Source: an uncultured Acidobacteriota bacterium
GTDB lineage: Bacteria; Acidobacteriota; Thermoanaerobaculia; Multivoradales; JAHEKO01
Direction of reading: 5' to 3'
Assembly: GCA_963713825.1 (NCBI GenBank)
Contig: CAVQNG010000003.1
Coordinates: forward strand, 160,001 to 224,000
Length of the DNA stretch: 64,000 bases
Positions 57,394 through 64,000 of the stretch are shown one piece after another. The notes under the pieces were generated by a model. The model did no database searches and was not told the origin of the DNA. It was given only the letters and a program-made list of their open reading frames with translations. The stretch's first letter is position 1; every line of letters starts with the position of its first letter. The position numbers and the translations under genes are program-made.

Positions 57394-59607
57394 CTACGGA
57401 GTCGAGCTGGACCAGGAGCTCGTATCACCGCTTTCGAAGCCATCTCTGAAGACGACCGGCGCAGCGCAACCTTCGACCTGAAACGCCCCGACCCTGGTCT
57501 GCCACGGTGCACTTCCTGTGGTCTCCATGTACTCGGTTGTGTACCAGAAAGTGCAGTCGTCAGCGGGGTCGACATCCATCGAGGAGTAGTCGCCCCAGCG
57601 ATTGGCGCTGTGGGTCTGGATCCCTCCTCCCGAGATGTGGAGCGCCTCGGCTTGCAGTGTGCCAAGTGGGTCGCCCGCCTCTCGAACCGCGTAGTAGATC
57701 GACGGAAAGAGGGCGGTAGCGTCATTCACCTTGCTGTAGCCGATAGCGATGTTGCCGGCTCCGTCCATCGAGATGCTCGGCATCCAGCGATCATCCCCAT
57801 CGGGCGCGTGAGTGCCCTGCTGGAAGATCGACCAGCTACTCCCGGCCTTCCGCAGCTCGAACCAACGCGGTGCTGCATGTCCGCTTCTGGGCGTTGCGGC
57901 TGTTGTGTCGACGGTCCAGGTGCCCACCAGCGTCTCGTGGGTGCCGAAGTTGCGGTATTGGAGCCTTTGCATCGGCCACCACGAAGCACTATCGAGACAA
58001 TCCTCGCCGATGAAGTTGTTGCAGGGATTGGATCCAGGCTGTGGCAAACAGGACGATTCGAAGAAGCCACAGACTGTCCAGTTGAAGTCGACCAGGCCCT
58101 GGGCCGGCCTGATCGTTTCGACCTGGGTGAAGGTCGAGAGCGCCGGCGTGGTCCAGTCGACATCGAACTCCCAGATGTCGAGGCTATCGGTGGGCGGATT
58201 GCCAAAGTACGGCTCGCCACCGTCTCGGAAGGTATAGAAGACTCCAGGTGAATCCGCTGGCGGCGGGTTGGGCCCATCGACATCGGCCGGCATGAGCAGG
58301 TTCGGGTGGTTCTGGAAGACCTGCATCGGCCTGGCGGCGACACCGGCCAGCATCTTGTCCCGATCGAGGGCGGCAACGTCGTACTCGCCGCCGAAGCCGC
58401 TGTTGGTGCCCATGAAGTAGGCACTGTTCGCCGGGTCGGGCCATACCCCGATCTTGTAGTAGTCCGGGAATCGCGGAGTCGTCACCGAGTAGAGCCAGTA
58501 GGCACCAGTGGGATCTCCGGTCTGCGAAACGGCGAAGCAAACATCCTGATTGCCGCTCGAAACGGCGAATTGACTGAACACCCAGCGGTCGGCTGGTTGG
58601 TCGTACACGAAGATGGCATCACCATTGTTGAAGACCTGGCAAGGTCCGCCGAAGCCGCTCCAGAGGGTGTTGGTGTCGGAGGGCCCCGCAAGCAAAGCAC
58701 CCGACTTGTCGTAGACCGCAAAGGAGCTATTGACTACCTGCACATAGTGGCTCGGGCCAACCGCCCCTTCGGTGTCCGGTGGTAACACACCGTTGATGTT
58801 GTCGAGGCCTTCGAAGTCGACCACTAGAGCCGGGGTCTGCTTGCTCGGCGTGCGGGCCGCGGACTGGGCCGCCAGACGATCGGGCTGAGTCGGAGCCTGG
58901 GTGCCGTAGCGATTGCCGTTCTCGTCGAAAAGTTCCTCATGCCGTGGTGGGTTGATCTCTTCAACATCCTCCTGGGGCGACTTTCTCTCGGCGATCGGCA
59001 AATCACGGACCGCTAGGCTCGCCACGGGACCTCGCATCTCGTAGAGATAGGGGTTGTACTTCTGCTCCTCGGTCGGGGCAGATCGACTGGCAAAGGACGA
59101 TCCTGTCGGAGCCAGAATCGCCGCCTGGACTCCGGTCGCACCGCTGCGAGCCTCATAGTGCTTCCAGTGGGCTTCATCGTCCTCCTCATCGCGCACACCG
59201 GCCGCGACAAGCCGGGACTTCAGGGAGTGCCCAGAGGGGAGGACGCCGACTCGCGGACTCTGGACCACATCACCGATCGTCACTTCGACCTCCACCTTGG
59301 GATGGGCCGAGAAGACGGACTCCACCGAGTCGAAGGCTGTCGAATCCAGCCGCCCATTTCCGAGCTCGACCTCGAATAGCCCTGCGGTCACCTGAACATC
59401 ATCTTGGCGCTCAGTGAGCAGCGTCGCACCGGTGAGATCCACGTACCGGAAGACCATGTCGAAGGTGCCTTCGAGTGGCTCACCGACCTCGTCGACAGCC
59501 CGGCATTCGAAGCCCACCTGACTCGGGAAGGGACCGGCCAAGGTGGCGGCCGAAGTCAAGAGAGCGGCTCCGATGAGTAGAACAGTCGTGGCTTTGAATC
59601 TCTTCAT
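57394..59607 (-). CDS. Secreted WGDY-family protein with an extra N-terminal beta-sandwich-like domain and C-terminal VFRDGFESGDTSSWS tag
   Basis: Signal peptide, PPDTEGAVGP.HYVQ, FPDY, RWMPSI.MD..GNIA.GYS, RWGDYSSM.VDP.DD.TFWYT. Confidence 0.88.
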   Translation of the reverse strand: MKRFKATTVLLIGAALLTSAATLAGPFPSQVGFECRAVDEVGEPLEGTFDMVFRYVDLTGATLLTERQDDVQVTAGLFEVELGNGRLDSTAFDSVESVFSAHPKVEVEVTIGDVVQSPRVGVLPSGHSLKSRLVAAGVRDEEDDEAHWKHYEARSGATGVQAAILAPTGSSFASRSAPTEEQKYNPYLYEMRGPVASLAVRDLPIAERKSPQEDVEEINPPRHEELFDENGNRYGTQAPTQPDRLAAQSAARTPSKQTPALVVDFEGLDNINGVLPPDTEGAVGPSHYVQVVNSSFAVYDKSGALLAGPSDTNTLWSGFGGPCQVFNNGDAIFVYDQPADRWVFSQFAVSSGNQDVCFAVSQTGDPTGAYWLYSVTTPRFPDYYKIGVWPDPANSAYFMGTNSGFGGEYDVAALDRDKMLAGVAARPMQVFQNHPNLLMPADVDGPNPPPADSPGVFYTFRDGGEPYFGNPPTDSLDIWEFDVDWTTPALSTFTQVETIRPAQGLVDFNWTVCGFFESSCLPQPGSNPCNNFIGEDCLDSASWWPMQRLQYRNFGTHETLVGTWTVDTTAATPRSGHAAPRWFELRKAGSSWSIFQQGTHAPDGDDRWMPSISMDGAGNIAIGYSKVNDATALFPSIYYAVREAGDPLGTLQAEALHISGGGIQTHSANRWGDYSSMDVDPADDCTFWYTTEYMETTGSAPWQTRVGAFQVEGCAAPVVFRDGFESGDTSSWSSSTP

Positions 59608-59759
59608 TGTCTTCCTCCACTGTGTGCGATTGCTGCAGGCGGCAGGACTTGTGATTCGACCCCCACTCGTCGCACAGGGGGACTGTGCTCCGGGGTCATT
59701 TCAATACAGCCGGAATCCTAACCCTGACTGCGGCACGAGAACAAGCACGGGCGGGAGGA

Positions 59760-59907
59760 AGTAGGGGCGTAGGAGCGCAGGGTGCGAGTCAGCCATCCAA
59801 TTCTTGATCTGCCTCGACGGTGGTAGATCGGGCCATGGGTCTCCCTCGTCGGAGGGGCATGGTCGGGTGGGGCCGCAGACGAGGGGGATCTGTGGTCTGA
59901 TCGGCCG
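59760..59907. repeat. Intergenic repeat family, copy C
   Basis: GTAGATCGGGCCATGGGTCTCCCTCGTCGGAGGGGCATGGTCGGGTG.GGCCGCAGACGAGGG is nearly identical to 34759-34821. Confidence 0.85.
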
Positions 59908-59916
59908 TCTCAACCG

Positions 59917-59951
59917 AAAAAGCGGCCAGCCCCAATAGGGACCGGCCGCTT
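59917..59951 (-). terminator. Rho-independent terminator of the 59975-61717 gene
   Basis: Minus strand AGCGGCCGGT-CCCTATTGGG-GCTGGCCGCT-TTTT. Confidence 0.7.
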
Positions 59952-59974
59952 CAAGGTCTCGAGTCGATCGTTCG

Positions 59975-61717
59975 CTACGGAGTCGTACTCGACCACGAAG
60001 TCGTGTCACCGCTTTCGAAGCCATCGGAGAAGACGACTGGTGCCGCATCGAACGCAAAGGAGACGATCCCGGTGTTCCAGTCATTGCTGTCCTGAACCTC
60101 GTAGTACTCCTGCGTATACCAGAAGGTGACATCGTCGGTGGGGTCTACATTCATGGAGCTGTAGTCACCCCAACGAGAGCCACCAGTCTGGGAGCCACCA
60201 CCTGCGAACGGTGTCTGCTCCATTCTCATGGCTCCGAGAGGATCAGTGGCCAAGCGTCCTGTGTATCGAATCGATGGATAGGTGGTCAACGACGAAACAC
60301 TGTAACCCAAGGCGATGTTGCCGTTCTTGTCCATCGCAATGCTGCCCATCCAGCGATGGTCGGAATCGGGAGCCCAGACGGCGTCTTGTTGCATGAAAGG
60401 CGTGCCGAAGGGGTCGCGAATCTCGAACCAATGAACGCCGGCATGATCCGTGCCATCAGCGTCCACGGTGTGGCTGCCCACCAGGACCTCATGGCTGCCC
60501 ATGTTCCGATAGGTGAGCCGGTGCATCAGTCGAGGAGCGACGGGTTCGAGAAGCGGACTAGCCGATGGCGGAAAGGGTGGGTTCACCGTAGGGGGCTGCG
60601 GAATGCATTCGCGGTCGCCAGGGCAGAATTCCGGATCGACATCGATCGTGTTGAGAACGTAGTCGAAGTCCAAGCCGTCGCCAAAGGTTGAATTGGCAGG
60701 AGTATCGAAGTCGACATGGAACTCCCAAAACCACAGCTGATCAGCCGGCAGGGGCGGATTCGACCAGTCGGCATCCTCCCACTCGACAAAGAGTCCCGGG
60801 CGACCGGCAGGCGGCGGTGAGGCTGCGCCATCCCAATCCACAGGAATCTGCGCACCGTAAAAATCATCGTGAGCAAAGAGGTCGAACTTGACCATCGTCG
60901 CCGCGTTGCCCTTCATCATCTCGGACCACTCGAAGGCCGCCACTCCCTGCCCTGCCCACGACATGCCATCAGATCGATCGAATTGGTTCGCAGCCATGTA
61001 GAGAGCGTCGGGCCAGATACCGAAGTGGGGATAGTCGTTGAGAATGTCCTGTGACCACAAGAATTCGTAGCGGTGCCAGCTACCCGTCGGGTCGCCACTG
61101 GTAGACACGGCGATACACTGACCGTGCTCCGAGTTCGGCCCGAAACCGAAGATGTAGAACTGGCTGATCATCCACCGGTCGTTCGTGCTGTCATAGAGAA
61201 CGATTGGGTCTCCATCGTTCTCCGACTGACACTTGCCACCGGCCCCACTCCAGATGTCATTGACGTCGAACGGGCCGTGAAGCATGTTCCCGGTCGCCTT
61301 GTCGAAGATGGCGTATGAAGTGTTGATAGCTTGCACGTAGTGGTTGGGTCCCACATCTCCCACGGTGTCGGGAGGTGAAAAGCCGTTGACATTGTCCATG
61401 CCACGGAACGACACGATGGGGTCCGGCGCCGGATCAGGGGCCTGAGGTGAAAGCAGTCTCTCCGAGCCCAGCGAGACGGTAGAGCGGGACGTCTTGGGCA
61501 GTTGGCCAAGAGGATTGATCTCGCGAGGCTCCCCTTCGTACGGCACTCTCGGTTCGCGGATCAGGTCCCGAAGCGGGGCCGACGTGCTGTGTCGGACCGA
61601 CTGACTGACGATCGGACCGGCGCTACCTTCGGATTGAGCCTGGGTTGGCATGACCCAACCGATCGTGATTACCGCCAGCAGACATATGGTGAGGCGCATC
61701 GTTCTGGACTTTTTCAC
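59975..61717 (-). CDS. Secreted WGDY-family protein with C-terminal VFSDGFESGDTTSWS tag
   Basis: Signal peptide, PPDTVGDVGPNHYVQ, GDPIVLYD, NDYPH, RWMGSIAMD, RWGDYSSMNVDP. Confidence 0.88.
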   Translation of the reverse strand: MKKSRTMRLTICLLAVITIGWVMPTQAQSEGSAGPIVSQSVRHSTSAPLRDLIREPRVPYEGEPREINPLGQLPKTSRSTVSLGSERLLSPQAPDPAPDPIVSFRGMDNVNGFSPPDTVGDVGPNHYVQAINTSYAIFDKATGNMLHGPFDVNDIWSGAGGKCQSENDGDPIVLYDSTNDRWMISQFYIFGFGPNSEHGQCIAVSTSGDPTGSWHRYEFLWSQDILNDYPHFGIWPDALYMAANQFDRSDGMSWAGQGVAAFEWSEMMKGNAATMVKFDLFAHDDFYGAQIPVDWDGAASPPPAGRPGLFVEWEDADWSNPPLPADQLWFWEFHVDFDTPANSTFGDGLDFDYVLNTIDVDPEFCPGDRECIPQPPTVNPPFPPSASPLLEPVAPRLMHRLTYRNMGSHEVLVGSHTVDADGTDHAGVHWFEIRDPFGTPFMQQDAVWAPDSDHRWMGSIAMDKNGNIALGYSVSSLTTYPSIRYTGRLATDPLGAMRMEQTPFAGGGSQTGGSRWGDYSSMNVDPTDDVTFWYTQEYYEVQDSNDWNTGIVSFAFDAAPVVFSDGFESGDTTSWSSTTP

Positions 61718-61792
61718 GGTGACTCTCCTTGTCGTCGAAGAACACTTGTCGAAACGCTTGCCGAACCGTGAAATGCTAGCATCTTCGGGCCC

Positions 61793-62503
61793 ATGAACCC
61801 ACTCAATCGCTTTTGTTCAGCCCTGGTTTCCCTGGTCCTCTCAGGTGGCATTCTCCTGCCAGGAGCGGCCTGCTCGAGCTCCACTCCACCTCCTCCAGAT
61901 CCCCCCTCTGAAGAGGTTCCGAGCCAGTCGCAGCTCGACAACGCCCTTCGGGATGCGGTCACGAATGGAGACGCTGCAGCAATTCCCGCTCTTGTTGAAA
62001 GAGGCGCGGACGTCGGGGTCCGTTGGAAGTTCGACGAGAGTCTTCTGATGAAGGCAGCCGAGCTGGGCGACGATCCCACGGTGACCGCCCTCCTCGCAGC
62101 CGGCGCCTATGTCAACGCCAGCAACTCCTGGGGGCACACTGCCCTCTTCAAGGCCGTCATCGAGTCGCACGTAGAGATTGTCGGTCGACTTCTAGAGGCC
62201 GGTGCCGAACCCGGCGTCCAGGCCAAGTTTGGATTCACTCCTTTGAGGGTCGCAGCTGAGGATGGCTCACTAGAGGTATGCCGCCTTCTTCTGGAGGCAG
62301 GAGCGAATCCGGACGCCACAACCAAACAGGGCGACACGCCTCTCATGGTTGCCGCCATGAGTGGACACTTGGATGTCGTTCGACTGCTTCTGGAGCACGG
62401 TGCCGACCCCTCGATCAAGGCAGAGGGCGACATCACGGCTTTGAGCCTGGCCCGCGAGGGCCAACACGAAGAAGTAGTTCGCTTGCTCGAGACGTACCAG
62501 TAG
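61793..62503 (+). CDS. Ankyrin-repeat lipoprotein
   Basis: GAAC lipobox-like site, Pro-rich linker, about 5 repeats of G.T.L..A...G...V..LL..GA. Confidence 0.9.
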   Translation: MNPLNRFCSALVSLVLSGGILLPGAACSSSTPPPPDPPSEEVPSQSQLDNALRDAVTNGDAAAIPALVERGADVGVRWKFDESLLMKAAELGDDPTVTALLAAGAYVNASNSWGHTALFKAVIESHVEIVGRLLEAGAEPGVQAKFGFTPLRVAAEDGSLEVCRLLLEAGANPDATTKQGDTPLMVAAMSGHLDVVRLLLEHGADPSIKAEGDITALSLAREGQHEEVVRLLETYQ

Positions 62504-62606
62504 CTCGCTGACAGTTCATCCCAGGAACTCGAACGCGCAGCAGGGTTCGACTGCTCCCGGTGTAACTTCGAGGACAGTCGGGGAGTAAAGTGAATAGGAG
62601 GTGTCC

Positions 62607-64000
62607 ATGAAGGCATCGACAGTCTCGGTGTTGGTCTTCCTTCTCCTGTCCCTCGGGTCGCCAGCCCGCGTCGGCAGCACTTCGCGGCCCGAGATCCAGG
62701 TCCAGATGACTCACTTCGATCTCGCGGTGGATCTGAACTACGAGGACGGCAGTCTCGAAGGCCGCGTTCGGATGAAGGTCCAGAATGTCTCCGCTCGACC
62801 TGCCGAGTCCGTCCCTCTCAACTTGAACCGCCTGATGAGCCTGAAAGGGGCGAGTGAAGAAACGGGGCGGTCCTTGAGCTACGAGCAGGACGTCGTCACT
62901 TTCAGCGATGAGCCCAAGAAGCAGGTGACCCACGCGGTCGTCTCTCTGGAGGAACCGCTACCTCCCGGACAATCCACCACGGTGGAGCTGCTCTACTCGG
63001 GTTACCTGGTCGGCTACATCGAGACCGGCTCGTCGTACATCCGCGATCGTATCGACGAGGAGTTCTCGATTCTGCGGGTCGATGCCCACGCTTTCCCCTC
63101 GATAGGGGTCCTTTCCTGGATGGGGAACCGGATGGCGCCGAGGGGCGACTTCACTTTCCGAGCACAGATTACGGTGCCGGAGACCTTGACGGTTGCGAGC
63201 GGGGGAGAGCTCGTCGAACGTACCGTCCGGGACGGGCGAGCCACATTCACCTACCGAAGCACGGCTCCTGTTCCATTTCTCAACCTGCCGATTGCCAAGT
63301 ACGAGTTGCTGGAGCAAGGGGGTCTTCGCCTCTACTACTTCCCCTCCGATCACGAGGGCGCAAAAGTGATTGTCGGTCGTGTAGCAGAGGCTGTGGATCT
63401 AATGACGCAATGGTTCGGCCCCCTGGGCCAGGAGACCCAGCCTTCACCATCATGGAGATCCCATCCGGCTGGGGATCGCAGGCACATCTGGCAGCCGGCA
63501 TCATGCAGACGGCCGAGGTATTCGAAGATCCAAGTGATCTCAGGGAGCTCTATCACGAGCTCTCGCACCTCTGGAATGCGCCGGACATCGATCAGCCTTC
63601 CGCCCGATGGAACGAAGGCCTCGCCATGTACCTACAGTCCATCATGGCCGAGCGGCTCGATGGGTGGGACACGCGCGCCGAGTATCTGGAGCATCGTGCC
63701 GAGCGGCTGCTGCGGGCTTTCGACACCGACCCGTCCGCCCAGGGAGTTCCATTCGCCGACTACGGTCAGAACGGCCTCACCGACTACTCCTATGCCACCG
63801 GCCTCCTCTTCTTCTTCGTCCTGGAAGAGCTGCTCGGTCGGGAGGAGCTTCTCGCGATTCTCCGAGCTCACTACCAGGAGCACCGCGAAGGCGGAACCAC
63901 TTTCGAAGACTTGGAAGAGGCACTTAGAGGGGCGGCATCCCGTGATCTGGGCCCGTTTCTCGAAGAGTGGGTCCACACCACGACCTGGCAGGATCGCCTC
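62607..64000 (+). pseudogene. Secreted M1 (gluzincin) aminopeptidase-like gene with a frameshift near 63420-63443; runs off the window
   Basis: GGAGG RBS, ATG 62607, signal peptide and M1-type N-domain in the start frame; HELSHLW...WNEGLA.Y lies in the -1 frame after ~63440. Could be a sequence error rather than a true pseudogene. Confidence 0.7.

Overview
GC-rich bacterial chromosomal window, probably Acidobacteriota/Thermoanaerobaculia-like. That is an inference from three secreted proteins ending in 'xFxDGFESGDxxxWS', not a firm call. It holds about 42 credible CDS, one IS481-family element and a modular family of intergenic repeats. I found no rRNA, tRNA or CRISPR array. Housekeeping/stress genes are clpB, trxC, typA, a DEAD-box helicase, yajQ, fabH and arsC-acr3. 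Four loci stand out. (1) 12.4-21.3 kb: an apparently undescribed signalling module in which one P-loop ATPase domain family is fused three times, to a membrane-anchored TPR sensor, a Ser/Thr kinase and an ECF43/TIGR02999-type sigma factor, alongside two outer-membrane barrels and a STAS protein. (2) 22.7-33.1 kb: a tightly coupled, all-exported hydrazine-synthase-like operon (HzsA-like diheme protein; a 10-heme c554-c554/beta-propeller/CCP-like fusion; FG-GAP and propeller proteins; two orphan solute-binding proteins). (3) 1-3.4 kb: egtD coupled to a molybdopterin oxidoreductase-cysteine desulfurase fusion (metallopterin-dependent ergothioneine synthase type), missed by the ORF track because it runs off the window edge. 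(4) An accessory SecA2 with an apparent C-terminal membrane anchor. Smaller observations: the IS481 sits in the loop of a terminator, a GTAG-type REPIN is nested in a larger repeat, a 35-aa ORF precedes the heme oxygenase, and the M1-peptidase gene is frameshifted. All calls come from reading motifs by eye; no searches were run.
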